From an uncultured bacterium (GTDB taxonomy: Bacteria; Auribacterota; Erginobacteria; Erginobacterales; Erginobacteraceae): a stretch of 64,000 nt of DNA. The notes beneath the pieces are model-generated. The model was not told the DNA's origin, searched no databases, and saw only the letters and a list, made by a program, of their open reading frames with translations. The DNA is taken from assembly GCA_963822585.1 (NCBI GenBank), contig CAWGIE010000026.1:224001-288000 (forward strand). The letters run 5' to 3'. Position numbers and translations under genes: made by a program. Shown in pieces: positions 19,040-29,592 of the stretch (its first letter is position 1; every line of letters begins with the position of its first letter).

Positions 19040-19389
19040 GGAGGCGGGGGGAGTCGAACCCCCGTCCTGAAGTGGATCCCTCCGCGCTTCTACAGGCTTA
19101 GTCGGTCGTTTGCGTTCGCTCCCGGGAACTCCGGCCGACAGGATTAACCGGGAACTAACCGCCACGAAAGATCTCACCCCGCCCCCCGGCAGTCCGGGTT
19201 TGGGGCCAGCCTGCTATCGTACGTTCCTATCCGTCCCGCAGGCTGAACGGTAGGAACGTGACCGCTTTAAGCGGCCAGAGCGAACTGCTCGTTGGCAGTT
19301 GTCTATTTGCCGGGTGTTTAAAGAGGCCTCCCGACCACCTCTGCCTGCAGCGTCGGCTTCACCATCCCAGTCGAAACCGTATCGCCCCC
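19039..19389 (-). ncRNA. ssrA: tmRNA, tag ANEQFALAA (19296-19267)
   Basis: 5' GGGGGCG pairs with 3' CGCCTCC-A with G3:U; GGTTCGACTCC T-arm; tag ends in ALAA-stop. Confidence 0.96.
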
Positions 19390-19482
19390 AAAATTTTCAT
19401 CTACGATGAAAATTTTGATGATTAAGCTGCTAAAATATACTTTACCAATAGAATATATACCATTATATACTCTCACACAAGC

Positions 19483-21075
19483 ATGAATATAAGAAAGACA
19501 GTCCATGGCCTATTTTCGTTCCTCTCCGTTTCGCCTCGCAACAGTTTGATTTTCTTCCGGGCGGCACGCTCGCTGGCGACATGCCTGCTGCTGCTCATTC
19601 TGATCGCCACCGGCTGTGGGAAGAAGGCGGGGAAGGAAATCTCGATCGTCTATACCAACGATCTCCACGGCCATGTCCTGCCGGAACGGGTGCGCGACTG
19701 GTCGGGGCGGACAGGGGGCTACGCGGTCTTCGTCGGCTGGCTGAAAGACGTTCGCCGGGAGAATGAGGAAAAGAACGTTCCGACACTCCTCCTCGATGCC
19801 GGTGATATCTTCATGGGAACGGTGGAGGGCAACCTTACCCGGGGGAGCTCGATCATCAAGCTGATGAACCTCGCCGGTTATGAGGCGATGACTCTGGGGA
19901 ACCATGAGTTCGACTTCGGTTTTTACAACCTCCAGCAGCTTGCCGAACTGGCGGACTTTCCCTTCCTGAGCGCGAATGTTCTTCAGAAGAAGACCGATCG
20001 CCTTCTCTCCTTCACCAAACCCTACATTATCAAGCAATATGACGGACTGACCGTCGGCATCATCGGGGTCACCACCGCCGAAGTTCCCGAGATAACCATG
20101 GCAAAAAACGTCGGGCAGGTGATCTTCAAGGAGCCGATCGAGACCGTCCGAACCTATCAGCGGCTTCTTGAACAGGAGGGGATCGATCTCCTGATCGTAC
20201 TCAGCCACCTGGGTCTGGAGGAAGACAAAGAACTGGCCCGGGCGGTGCCCAAGATCGATCTCATTATCGGCGGCCACAGTCACAACCTCCTCACCAAGCC
20301 GCTCCGGGTTGGAGAGCGGGGCACTCTCATCTGCCAGGCGGGGAGCTACGGACGCTTCGCCGGGAGGATCGACCTTTTTGTCGACACTGCACGAGACACG
20401 ATCTCATCCTTCGAATCGATAATCTTTATCAACCGCCAGTGGAGCAGCCCGGCCGATATCGCGACCAACCGGGTCCTGGAGGGAATCAAGGCCGAGGCGG
20501 GCCCTGAATATGACCAGGTGGTGGGGCAAACTCTCCAGGACATACTTACCGACGACAACGAGGAATCTCCCCTGGGCGACCTGATCGCCGATGCCATCCG
20601 GGCGGCAGCCAACGCCAAGGTTTCATTTCAGAATCCATACGGCATCCGGGGAGACCTCTTTCAGGGGAAGATCACGAGGAGGGATGTGTTCAGGATACTC
20701 CCCTTCGACGATACCATTATTACCATGGAGTTGACCGGAAGGCAGATCCGGGAAATCCTCGAACAGAGCCTGACGAAGCAGAAAGGGATGCTGCAAATTT
20801 CCGGGTTGCGGGTCGAATACGGCCGGGACCGGCCGGAAGGGAGCCGGGTGCTCTCGGTGAGAATCGGCGAAGACCAGCTGGAGGATGGAACCCGGTATAC
20901 CGTCGCCACCAATGGTTTCCTCGCCGGCGGGGGTGATTATTTCAGCACCTTCTCCGGAGGCGAAACGCCCCGGGATACGGGGATACTCCTGCGGGATGCC
21001 TTCATTGACTACATCAAGGACCACACCCCCCTCTATCCGGTAGCTTTTACCCGCGACCGGTGGGTGGAGAGGTAA
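19483..21075 (+). CDS. Bifunctional UDP-sugar hydrolase/5'-nucleotidase, probable lipoprotein
   Basis: TNDLHG, LDAGD, GNHEFD, GGHSH; lipobox-like IATGC. Confidence 0.9.
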   Translation: MNIRKTVHGLFSFLSVSPRNSLIFFRAARSLATCLLLLILIATGCGKKAGKEISIVYTNDLHGHVLPERVRDWSGRTGGYAVFVGWLKDVRRENEEKNVPTLLLDAGDIFMGTVEGNLTRGSSIIKLMNLAGYEAMTLGNHEFDFGFYNLQQLAELADFPFLSANVLQKKTDRLLSFTKPYIIKQYDGLTVGIIGVTTAEVPEITMAKNVGQVIFKEPIETVRTYQRLLEQEGIDLLIVLSHLGLEEDKELARAVPKIDLIIGGHSHNLLTKPLRVGERGTLICQAGSYGRFAGRIDLFVDTARDTISSFESIIFINRQWSSPADIATNRVLEGIKAEAGPEYDQVVGQTLQDILTDDNEESPLGDLIADAIRAAANAKVSFQNPYGIRGDLFQGKITRRDVFRILPFDDTIITMELTGRQIREILEQSLTKQKGMLQISGLRVEYGRDRPEGSRVLSVRIGEDQLEDGTRYTVATNGFLAGGGDYFSTFSGGETPRDTGILLRDAFIDYIKDHTPLYPVAFTRDRWVER

Positions 21076-21119
21076 TCGAAGCATAGAGCACGGAAGCCAA
21101 TCCCGCATAAAGGGACCGG

Positions 21120-21485
21120 TTAAGCATCGGGGCCGGTCAGCGTCCTGATCGCCGAGGCGACCGAGGGCTGGATCTGAAAGACGCCGTACATGCCGGTGAC
21201 CGAGAGAAGGGAACTGACCATGAGGACCGGGTTGCAGAGTATCATCCGGCGGCCGGCGGCCTTCAGTTTCTTGTGGAGAGCGAGAAGAATACCCAGGGCT
21301 CCCGATGAGGCATAGGATACGTCACTGATATCGACGATCAGGTCAGCCTGGAGGCCATCTTTACTGGTTGCTTGTTCCAGGGCGAGATTAACCTTGCCGG
21401 CGACGGGGGATGCCCACGCGGCATCGAAACGACCGCCCAGGGTGACCAGGAGATAGCCGGGCCCGTTTGTTATCTCGATTTTCAC
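21120..21485 (-). CDS. STAS domain anti-sigma factor antagonist
   Basis: GRFDA, DISDVSYASSGALG. Confidence 0.85.
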   Translation of the reverse strand: MKIEITNGPGYLLVTLGGRFDAAWASPVAGKVNLALEQATSKDGLQADLIVDISDVSYASSGALGILLALHKKLKAAGRRMILCNPVLMVSSLLSVTGMYGVFQIQPSVASAIRTLTGPDA

Positions 21486-21616
21486 TGTACTTTATTGCGG
21501 CTTTCTTCCATTTTATGCGGGTCAATGTTCTCCATCCCACACAATCAGGAAGGGAAGATTTTAGCTCCGCGGAAACAGATCCGCTTCAACTTGACATACG
21601 CTGCCGGAAAAAGAGC

Positions 21617-22861
21617 ATGATAACGCACGGAAGGGGAAAAAGCAAAAAATATCCGCAGCGAACAATCATTTCGGCGATAGCCTGCCTGCTGACGGTATTC
21701 ACTTCTTGCTTCTCCAGCGCATCCGCGATCACCGTTCGCGGCCCGGTCGCACATATCCCCACTACCACCATTCCTCATCGGGAAACACTCTACATCCCGG
21801 TGGCGGCGCTCGCCCGCGCGTATGGCCTGACTCTTTCCGAACAGGAGGGTTCAAGCTTTGTCTTCAGCTCCGACGACCTGCGTCTGGCGATGCAGCCCGG
21901 GAGCCGGGCGGTGGAAATCAACGGGGAGGTCGTGATAATGGACTCTCCGATCGACTGGGCCGAAGGGATGCTGATCGCGCCCATCTACCTGGCAATCATG
22001 ATCCTGCCCGGCCGTTTCCCGGCGCGGGGAACGGAACTCCCCCCGCCGGGGGGGCGGATCCGGATTATGCTTGATCCGGGGCATGGCGGGATCGACCCCG
22101 GGGCCATCGGCGAGGAGGGACTGCAGGAAAAAGATGTCGTTCTCGAAATCGCCCGGAAAGTGCGCGATCTGCTCCAGGCAGAGGGTTATGAAGTTTTTCT
22201 GACCAGGACCGGAGATCGCTTCGTCTCGCTGAAGAAGCGTGCCCGGCAGGCCAACCGGAGCCGGGTCGATCTTTTTGTCAGCATTCACGCCAACGCCGCC
22301 TTTAACCACCTGGCCCGGGGAACGGAGACTTTCTACTATGCCCCGGCCTCCGACCGGCTGGCCTGGAAAACAGCTTTACTGGAGAACGCGGTGCTCCGAT
22401 TGGAAGCGTTCGCGGACAGCCCGGAGTACGGGAACAACAACGAAGGAAATGGCCTCTCCCGGGGCAAGGATCGCTTGAGCGAGAACATCCGCGCGGCCGG
22501 CTGCGTGCAGAGGAGAATAAGTCCGGTCACTGAATGCGAAGACAGGGGGATCAAGGCGGCGGAGTTTTATGTTTTAAAATACACCCGGATGCCGTCCATC
22601 CTGGTGGAGACGGGGTTCCTCTCCAACAGCCAGGAGCGTGAGCGCCTGGCCGACGGCGCTTACCGGGTCAGGATGGCGAAAGCGATCGCCCGGGGAATAT
22701 GTGATTATTGCGGGGGGAATTCGGTAGCGGGGAAAATAAACAATAGCTCCGCAAAGGTCGACCCGGGAAATTTTCCTTCCGTTGCGGCCGAGTCTGCCTA
22801 TAATATGAACGGACAGTCAGAAAGCAACCCCGGGGGGAAAGCCCCGGAAAAGGAGGATTAA
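21617..22861 (+). CDS. N-acetylmuramoyl-L-alanine amidase (Amidase_3)
   Basis: LDPGHGGIDPGA, EKDVVL, FVSIHAN, SILVETGF. Confidence 0.9.
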   Translation: MITHGRGKSKKYPQRTIISAIACLLTVFTSCFSSASAITVRGPVAHIPTTTIPHRETLYIPVAALARAYGLTLSEQEGSSFVFSSDDLRLAMQPGSRAVEINGEVVIMDSPIDWAEGMLIAPIYLAIMILPGRFPARGTELPPPGGRIRIMLDPGHGGIDPGAIGEEGLQEKDVVLEIARKVRDLLQAEGYEVFLTRTGDRFVSLKKRARQANRSRVDLFVSIHANAAFNHLARGTETFYYAPASDRLAWKTALLENAVLRLEAFADSPEYGNNNEGNGLSRGKDRLSENIRAAGCVQRRISPVTECEDRGIKAAEFYVLKYTRMPSILVETGFLSNSQERERLADGAYRVRMAKAIARGICDYCGGNSVAGKINNSSAKVDPGNFPSVAAESAYNMNGQSESNPGGKAPEKED

Positions 22862-23961
22862 TGAAGGAAAAAACAAGGATGCTGGTGCTGACGTTGTTGC
22901 TGGCAACCCTGCCGGCCATCCCCGCGGCGGCCGGAGCCGTTACTCTCCCCACCGATATTACCTGGGTCATGTCCGCGGACACCTACAAGGAGTGTGTTCA
23001 GCAGGCCTATCTCAATGCGATGAACCGCTTGAAAAAGCTGGCGGAGGGGAAGGAAGCGGGGAGCTGGTGCGTGGTTCTGGACGCCGACGAAACCATTATC
23101 AGTAACGTGCGCTTTCAAGCCGATCTGGCCGCCAAAAAACAGGGCTATTCCAAAACAGCCTGGAACGCCTGGTGTTCGCGGGCGGAATCTCCCGTCCTCC
23201 CCGGGGTGATTGAATTTCTCGACCTCGTTCATACGCTGGGCGGAAAGATCATCATCATCACCAACCGGCAGTCACCGTTGCGCGAACCCACCGTGAAGAA
23301 TCTCACGGAACAGGGGATTCCCTTCGATCTCTGCCTCCTGCGCGAAGGGACGTATAAGGACGATCGGACAAAAACCGTCCGCCGGTCCGATATTGAGAAG
23401 GGGACGGTGAAGGATCTCCCCCTGGGAAAGAAACTCCCCCCTCTCGAGATTTTGATGCTGGCGGGGGATCAGACCCATGATCTTTACGAGCGGGGATCAT
23501 TCGCGGACATGAAAGACCGTTTCGGGAAAGATTTGATTATTATACCCAACCCGATGTACGGAGACTGGACGCAGGCGGCGGACGATTTCAAGCTCTCTTC
23601 CTCCGCCTCGCGGGCTCCGGCCCCGGTAAAGACCGAAGCGGCCCCGGAATCCGCTTCGCCGGAAGAGGCGATTACCTGGCAGGAGGCCATGGACAGAATC
23701 GGTGACACGGTGACGGTCGACGCGACGATCGTGAACGTCTATGACCCGGCGGCCCGGGGCAAAAAAGGCCCGGTCAAGCTCAATACAGACAGAAACTGGA
23801 ACGACAGTCTCACCATCGTTCTCTTCAACAAAAACGACCAATTCGGAGATCCGGCCCGGTTCAACGGCAAACGGGTCCGGGCCCGGGGGAAGGTCAGCAC
23901 GTACCAGGATGCCGTCCAGCTCACGGTTTTCGGCCCGGACGACATCGAGATCGTGGAATAA
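22861..23961 (+). CDS. Secreted HAD acid phosphatase (e(P4)/class C-like) with C-terminal OB-fold-like domain
   Basis: Signal peptide, VLDADET, ITNR, GDQTHD, IPNPMYGDW; Ala/Pro linker then GKRVRARGKVSTY. Confidence 0.8.
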   Translation: MKEKTRMLVLTLLLATLPAIPAAAGAVTLPTDITWVMSADTYKECVQQAYLNAMNRLKKLAEGKEAGSWCVVLDADETIISNVRFQADLAAKKQGYSKTAWNAWCSRAESPVLPGVIEFLDLVHTLGGKIIIITNRQSPLREPTVKNLTEQGIPFDLCLLREGTYKDDRTKTVRRSDIEKGTVKDLPLGKKLPPLEILMLAGDQTHDLYERGSFADMKDRFGKDLIIIPNPMYGDWTQAADDFKLSSSASRAPAPVKTEAAPESASPEEAITWQEAMDRIGDTVTVDATIVNVYDPAARGKKGPVKLNTDRNWNDSLTIVLFNKNDQFGDPARFNGKRVRARGKVSTYQDAVQLTVFGPDDIEIVE

Positions 23962-23969
23962 AGTAATTC

Positions 23970-24058
23970 ACCATGAAGGACACGAAGAACACGAAGAATA
24001 GATGAGAAAACAAATAAGATTTAACTCGTTTTTTAGAATTCTTCGTGACCTTCGTGGT
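23970..24058. repeat. CACGAAG 9-mer inverted-arm element
   Basis: ACCATGAAGGACACGAAGAACACGAAG ... CTTCGTGACCTTCGTGGT. Confidence 0.8.
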
Positions 24059-24122
24059 TTTCATTAGTTTAGAGTCAATGTGGTCTAATATTCAAGCAGG
24101 ATATAAATAAAGGAAAAGCTTA

Positions 24123-25202
24123 ATGGGTTTTAAAATACAATCAATCCCCGCCACTGTCGCCGGGTCGGTGGGCAACTTCGGTTTCTACCGGGACCTGATC
24201 CGCCGCCCGGTCAGGGAGGCGTTCATCTACCTGGCCGTCCTGACGCTGATCCCGGTTCTTCTCTTCACCGGGTCCCAGCTCTACGAACTGAACAAGATCA
24301 TGGTTCAGATCACGGAATCATTGAAAGGTCACCTCCCGCCGCTTCGGATTGAAGAGGGGACCGTCATCATGGACGGCAGCGAAACCTTCAATTTCGAAAA
24401 GGAGAACGAATACACCGTTCAGGATTGGAAGGCGGTTATCAATATCCTCTCCGAACGGCGGGACCGGGAGACGGAGGCCGCTCTCAGGAAAGAGAAGCAG
24501 GGTGCTGCTCTCAATCAGGAAGAGCGGGATAGAATAGCCGCTTTTCGGCAGGCGGAGCAAAGAGGAAAAGACGCTTTGAATTGGGTCGACAGCAACTTCC
24601 CCGATCCGGCAGCCGTCATTACTTCCCAACAGGGAGATGCTCTCCTGAAGAGCACGCCACCGCAAGATGCGGAGACGGCGCAGCTTCTCCGGGAGACGGC
24701 ACATTTCTTCAACTTTGTCTTTCTGGTCGATCTGACCACCGAAGACCCCCAACTGCCCCCGGGGGTCATGGGGTTCGCCCTGAGCAAGGACGGCTATACC
24801 ATAAGCACCCCGCTGATGCCGAAGAAGATAAAGTTTTCCCGGGACGTCTCAACGGTTATTAATGACGACATACTGGACAGTTGGCGAAAATCCTTTATCT
24901 GGCAGATGGTTCCCTTACTGCTCGCGATCGTATTTCTGATCTCTTACCTGATCATCCTCATCATCGTGCTCGGCGGAAGCGCCCTGGCGGGATTGACCGC
25001 CTCAATCCTGAAAACCCGGCTTCTTTTCCGCCAGGCTTTCGCGATCGGCGTCTACGCGATCACCCCGGCTCTGCTCTTCGTGGTGCTGTATCTCATCCTG
25101 ATCCTGTTCCATGTTTCGCTGAGCTATACCCCGGTGATCTTTCTTCTCCTTTATGGTTTTTACGCGATCAGCGCGGCAAAAAAATGCTGTTCCACGAATT
25201 AA
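24123..25202 (+). CDS. Membrane protein (DUF1189-like)
   Basis: One N-terminal TM, large soluble loop, C-terminal TMs with YAITP motif. Confidence 0.6.
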   Translation: MGFKIQSIPATVAGSVGNFGFYRDLIRRPVREAFIYLAVLTLIPVLLFTGSQLYELNKIMVQITESLKGHLPPLRIEEGTVIMDGSETFNFEKENEYTVQDWKAVINILSERRDRETEAALRKEKQGAALNQEERDRIAAFRQAEQRGKDALNWVDSNFPDPAAVITSQQGDALLKSTPPQDAETAQLLRETAHFFNFVFLVDLTTEDPQLPPGVMGFALSKDGYTISTPLMPKKIKFSRDVSTVINDDILDSWRKSFIWQMVPLLLAIVFLISYLIILIIVLGGSALAGLTASILKTRLLFRQAFAIGVYAITPALLFVVLYLILILFHVSLSYTPVIFLLLYGFYAISAAKKCCSTN

Positions 25203-25437
25203 GATCACTTGCCGACGTGAGATTTCAACGATCTGCGTAGCAGGAATCACTCTATTTATTATGGTTCTCTTCCCTTTTGTGTGGGCGGTTATCATACTCA
25301 ACAAGTGCGGCTAATCACATTCTGGAGCTATTTTGGAGTGCATTGACCGTGTCAATGCATGCAGCGACATAGTCGCTGCGCTCCATAATAACCATAATTT
25401 GCCCACACAAAATGGCAGAGAACCTGTATTATTAACA

Positions 25438-25884
25438 ATGCGTAGATCCGCAATCATAGTGGCCGGTGTTACCTCTCTGCTCGTGGCATATACAGGATGC
25501 CGGAACGAAGCCGATACCGGGGTCGTGTTCGGGGAGGGGACCGTCCGGATCGGAAACACGACCATCGATGTCCTGATTGCGCTCACCGGTCCCCAGATGG
25601 AGCAGGGCCTGAAGTACCGTCACAGCCTGGGGGAAGATCGGGGTATGCTCTTTATCTACTCCCAGCCGGTCAGGACCCCCTTCTGGATGAAAGACACCCA
25701 CATCCCCCTCTCCATCGCCTTCATCAACCGGGAAGGGATCATTATCAGCATCAAGGAGATGGCGCCGGATAACGATCAACGGATGTACTCTCCGCCGGGG
25801 CCGTTCCTTTATGCCCTGGAGATGAACCAGGGATGGTTCACGGAAAACAATGTCAAAGTCGGGGACAAGATAATCATAGAATGA
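25438..25884 (+). CDS. DUF192 family protein
   Basis: GMLF, FWMKDTHIPLSIAFI, ALEMNQG. Confidence 0.85.
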   Translation: MRRSAIIVAGVTSLLVAYTGCRNEADTGVVFGEGTVRIGNTTIDVLIALTGPQMEQGLKYRHSLGEDRGMLFIYSQPVRTPFWMKDTHIPLSIAFINREGIIISIKEMAPDNDQRMYSPPGPFLYALEMNQGWFTENNVKVGDKIIIE

Positions 25885-25912
25885 TGACATAAGGGAAAAT
25901 CCTCTTTTAAAT

Positions 25913-26056
25913 AAAATTCCAAATAACAAATTCCAAATTCCAAATAAATTCCAAATCATAAATAACAAATCCCAAACACGCTTACAGCCCCATGGCTTAA
26001 CCCGGTGTGCGTCTTGTGTCAGGTGTTTGGAGTTTGGTGCTTGGGATTTGGGATTT
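25913..26056. repeat. AAATTCC/AAATCCC 7-mer inverted-arm element
   Basis: AAATTCCAAATAACAAATTCC... / ...TTGGGATTTGGGATTT. Confidence 0.75.
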
Positions 26057-26118
26057 AACTATAGTGGATTATCCATAACGACCTTATATCGTTAAACGAG
26101 AAACCATTTGAGTCCATA

Positions 26119-27066
26119 ATGAGAATTATATTCATGGGAACGCCGGAGTTCGCTCTCCCCGGGCTGGAAGAGCTGGCAGAGCGGGGGATAACGATTTCCG
26201 CGGTGATCACCCGGCCCGATCAACCGGCCGGCCGGGGGAGAAAGACCCGGCCGTCGCCGATAAAAAAAATGGCGATGAACCGGGGGCTGAACGTCCTCCA
26301 GCCGGAAAAGTTGAACGATCCGGCTCTCGTCGCGTCGATCACGGCTCTTGACCCGGACCTGATCGTCGTCTCCGCGTACGGAAAATACATCCCCGCCTCG
26401 TTTCTCGATCGCGCCCGGCATCGCGGAATCAACCTTCACCCCTCGCTTTTACCGCGGTACCGGGGAGCGGCTCCTATCCAGTGGACACTGATCAACGGCG
26501 ACCGGGAGGCCGGGGTCAGCGTTATCTCGGTGAGCGAGCAGATGGACGCGGGCGATATTTACGCCCAGAAATCGATCCCCGTGCGGCCGGACGATAACGC
26601 GGAAACCCTCTCCCGAAAATTGTCCCGGGAAGGAGGAGGATTGTTGGCGGACGTGGTGGAGATGATCGCCCGCGGCACCGCCTCCCCCCATCCTCAGAAG
26701 CAAGAGGAAGTTACCTTCGCGCCCCGCCTGACCAAAGCAGACGGATGGATCGACTGGGAGGAGCCGGCCGGGCGGATCAATAACCGGGTTCGGGGGCTTT
26801 ATCCCTGGCCCGGCACCTTTACCACACTGGAAACTCCGCAAGGATCCGTGAAACTGAAAATAATCCAGTGCGTTCCCCTGCCGGGCGCAGAGGGCAGCCC
26901 GGGCGAAGTCCTGGAGGCGAAAGGAACAACCCTCACCATCGCCGCCGGAGAAGGGAAACTGGCTGTCCTCCGGCTGCAGCTGGAAGGGAGACGGCCCCTG
27001 GCGACGGCGGAATTCCTGCGCGGCCACCCGATCCCCCCCGGAACCATCTTGGGGAAAACCCCCTGA
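26119..27066 (+). CDS. fmt: Methionyl-tRNA formyltransferase
   Basis: FMGTPEFA, INLHPSLLPRYRGAAPIQW. Confidence 0.97.
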   Translation: MRIIFMGTPEFALPGLEELAERGITISAVITRPDQPAGRGRKTRPSPIKKMAMNRGLNVLQPEKLNDPALVASITALDPDLIVVSAYGKYIPASFLDRARHRGINLHPSLLPRYRGAAPIQWTLINGDREAGVSVISVSEQMDAGDIYAQKSIPVRPDDNAETLSRKLSREGGGLLADVVEMIARGTASPHPQKQEEVTFAPRLTKADGWIDWEEPAGRINNRVRGLYPWPGTFTTLETPQGSVKLKIIQCVPLPGAEGSPGEVLEAKGTTLTIAAGEGKLAVLRLQLEGRRPLATAEFLRGHPIPPGTILGKTP

Positions 27067-27082
27067 CCTCACTCATTTTTTT

Positions 27083-27255
27083 GCCACCCCCGTACAGCTT
27101 CGCTACGGGGCGGGGCAAGACACCAAGGCACCAAGAATGAATATGGAGGGGCCGTTAACGTGTTGCTTCGAAATTCCCCGACAAACATCTGGAGACCCCG
27201 CTTGATCGTGATAACTCTCCTGGTCTTTTCCTTGGTGTCTTAGTGTCTTGGTGGC
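27083..27255. repeat. CACCAAGA 8-mer inverted-arm element with nested hairpin insertion
   Basis: GCCACC[28-nt hairpin]AAGACACCAAGGCACCAAG ... CTTGGTGTCTTAGTGTCTTGGTGGC. Confidence 0.75.
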
Positions 27256-27271
27256 TAATAAACAGCCAAAA

Positions 27272-28606
27272 ATGAAATCGCCGAGCAAACAAGATCCCCG
27301 CGGGTGCATGGTCGAGATCCTCCAGCGCTGGGAGAAGGGCGGGGGATATGCTTCCGGCCTCCTGGAGAAAGCGTTCCGCAAGACATCCTTCAGCGGCCGG
27401 GATCGGGCCCTCGTCACCGCCACGATCAACGGCGTGATCCGGCGGAAACAAACGCTGGATTGGCTGATCGACCGCTTCTCTACCGGGAAACCCCCGGCCC
27501 GGGCCGGTACCGCCCGCCAGATTCTCCGGTTCAGCATCTTTCATCTGCTCTACCTGGACACGCTCCCGGCCCACGCTGTTCTCCATCAGGCGGGCGAATT
27601 GGCCCGCCGGCTCCTCACGCCTCCGGAGGGTGGATACATCAACGGACTGCTCCGGAATATTCTCAGGAAAAGGGACGCCCTGCCTCTGCCACCAAAGGAC
27701 AATCAGGCCGAATATCTCGCGGTTGCGCACTCACACCCCCACTGGTTGGTGAACAGATGGCTGGCCCGATATCCGTTCGAAACCGTCGAAGAATTGTGCC
27801 GGATCGATAACCTCGCGCCGCCCGTCTTCGCCCGCCGCAACCTTTTGCGAACCACGGGGAACGAACTGGAGGAAGAGTTCCGTCAGGCTGGAATTGAATA
27901 CACTCTCCATGACGCGGCGGGGGGGATCTGGCGGATCAAACCCGGGCAGGACCTTTCCGGGATCACGGCTTTCCGGGCCGGTCATTTTACCATTCAGGAT
28001 ATTTCCACCCTCCGACCGGCAAATCTTCTGGCCCCCGCACCGGGAGAGGAGATCGCCGATCTCTGCGCCGCTCCCGGAGGGAAAACAGCCTATATCGCCC
28101 AGATGATGGAGAACACCGGGCATATTCTGGCCGCCGACGTCAACCCGGACCGGATCGCGAAACTGCGAGAAACAATTGAGCGGCTGGGAGTAAAGAACAC
28201 GGCGATCCGGAAGTTCAGCGTCCTTGAGAAGAAGGTGGAGACGCCCGGGAAATGGGACGGGATTCTGCTCGATGTGCCCTGCTCCAATACCGGGGTGCTC
28301 CGCCGGCGCGTTGACGCCCGCTGGCGGATAGGTCCGAGCGATATTACCCGTCTGGCGGAACAGGGGGAGAAACTCCTGCGGGCGGCGGCGGAACGGCTCC
28401 GGCCCGGAGGAAGAATTGTCTACAGCACCTGCTCGCTGGAGCCGGAAGAGAACGGGGAAGTCGTGAAGGCCTTTCTCCGGGGCAACGCGCACTTTTCATT
28501 GGAGAAAGAAGATTTTTCCCTGCCTCAGGAAAACGGAGGAGACGGCTTCTATGCTGCCCTGTTAAGAAGACAGGATCCCTTTGCATTTCTTGCGGGTAAA
28601 TGTTGA
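27272..28606 (+). CDS. rsmB: 16S rRNA m5C967 methyltransferase
   Basis: NusB-like N-terminus, DLCAAPGGKT, DVPCSNTG, YSTCS; follows fmt. Confidence 0.93.
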   Translation: MKSPSKQDPRGCMVEILQRWEKGGGYASGLLEKAFRKTSFSGRDRALVTATINGVIRRKQTLDWLIDRFSTGKPPARAGTARQILRFSIFHLLYLDTLPAHAVLHQAGELARRLLTPPEGGYINGLLRNILRKRDALPLPPKDNQAEYLAVAHSHPHWLVNRWLARYPFETVEELCRIDNLAPPVFARRNLLRTTGNELEEEFRQAGIEYTLHDAAGGIWRIKPGQDLSGITAFRAGHFTIQDISTLRPANLLAPAPGEEIADLCAAPGGKTAYIAQMMENTGHILAADVNPDRIAKLRETIERLGVKNTAIRKFSVLEKKVETPGKWDGILLDVPCSNTGVLRRRVDARWRIGPSDITRLAEQGEKLLRAAAERLRPGGRIVYSTCSLEPEENGEVVKAFLRGNAHFSLEKEDFSLPQENGGDGFYAALLRRQDPFAFLAGKC

Positions 28607-28632
28607 CGATCCGGAAAGTATTCCAAAGGAAG

Positions 28633-28773
28633 AAATCCGAATGACGAAACCCGAAGAAATGTCTAAGCCCGAACGTCCAAATGGCTTAGCATCGCTTCAT
28701 ACTTGGTGTTCGACTTATTCTTGATTTAAGCATTGAGGTCCTATTCATAATTCGACATTCGGATTTAGTCATT
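28633..28773. repeat. 7-mer inverted-arm element (GAAATCC/CGAATGA type)
   Basis: GAAATCCGAATGACGAAACCCGAA ... TTCGACATTCGGATTTAGTCATT. Confidence 0.6.
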
Positions 28774-28906
28774 CTTAGGCAAAATCAACACACATAAAAG
28801 GGAAGCAAATAGAAAATATTATGTCTTTTTCTCCCTTCCGATTCCGTATTATAGTATTACCGTTGGTTTCGAAGTTTAATAAAAATTTTCCGGAGGAAAA
28901 TAATAT

Positions 28907-29314
28907 ATGAAAGAGATCATCACACCCGACAATGTCCCCGCACCCATCGGCCCCTACTCGCATGCCGTGAGAGCGGACGGACTGGTCTTTATCTCGGGGC
29001 AGCTCCCCGTAACCCCGGACGGGTCGGTGGTGGAGGGGGGGATTAAAGAACAGGCCTCCCAGGCACTGGAAAACTTGAAGACTATTTTGCGGGGAGCGGA
29101 ACTGACCCTGGAACACGTGGTCAAAACAACGGTCTACCTGGATAATATCGCCGATTTTAGTGTCGTGAACGAGGTGTATGGAGAATTCTTCCCCGAGGCG
29201 CCTCCGGCCCGTGCTTGTGTCCAGGTCGCGGCCCTTCCGAAAGGGGTGCTCATCGAGATCGAAGCGGTCGCGGTACAGACCGAACTCCCGCCGTTGCCCG
29301 AGCTCGCCGTGTAG
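28907..29314 (+). CDS. ridA: RidA family reactive intermediate deaminase
   Basis: PIGPYSHA, ISGQLP, PARACV, IEIEA. Confidence 0.9.
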   Translation: MKEIITPDNVPAPIGPYSHAVRADGLVFISGQLPVTPDGSVVEGGIKEQASQALENLKTILRGAELTLEHVVKTTVYLDNIADFSVVNEVYGEFFPEAPPARACVQVAALPKGVLIEIEAVAVQTELPPLPELAV

Positions 29315-29331
29315 AAGCCGGAAAAATATTC

Positions 29332-29569
29332 ACCACGAAGGACACGAAGGTCACGAAGGGTATTAAAAGCGATCATGTCGTCACGGATAGACCTGCCTGA
29401 TATATATTACTATTCCGGCCGGCTTAAGACGATAGTGACAAAGGGGAGGCCGGGAATTAGAAAAACTCAAAAAATAACCAGGGAGTTTTTCTCCTCGTTA
29501 AGCTGGAACTTTCAGACGGCCCTTCAATCCAACTTTTTGATCCTTCGTGATCTTCGTGCCCTTCGTGGT
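29332..29569. repeat. CACGAAG 9-mer inverted-arm element
   Basis: ACCACGAAGGACACGAAGGTCACGAAGG ... CCTTCGTGATCTTCGTGCCCTTCGTGGT. Confidence 0.85.
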
Positions 29570-29592
29570 AAGTTTTTTCAGGAGAAAGATAA

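Larger units (their letters stand above)
10871..19060. mobile_element. tmRNA-integrated genomic island (~8.2 kb, no integrase seen)
   Basis: 23-bp flanking direct repeats; AT-richer accessory genes, all on minus strand. Confidence 0.8.
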
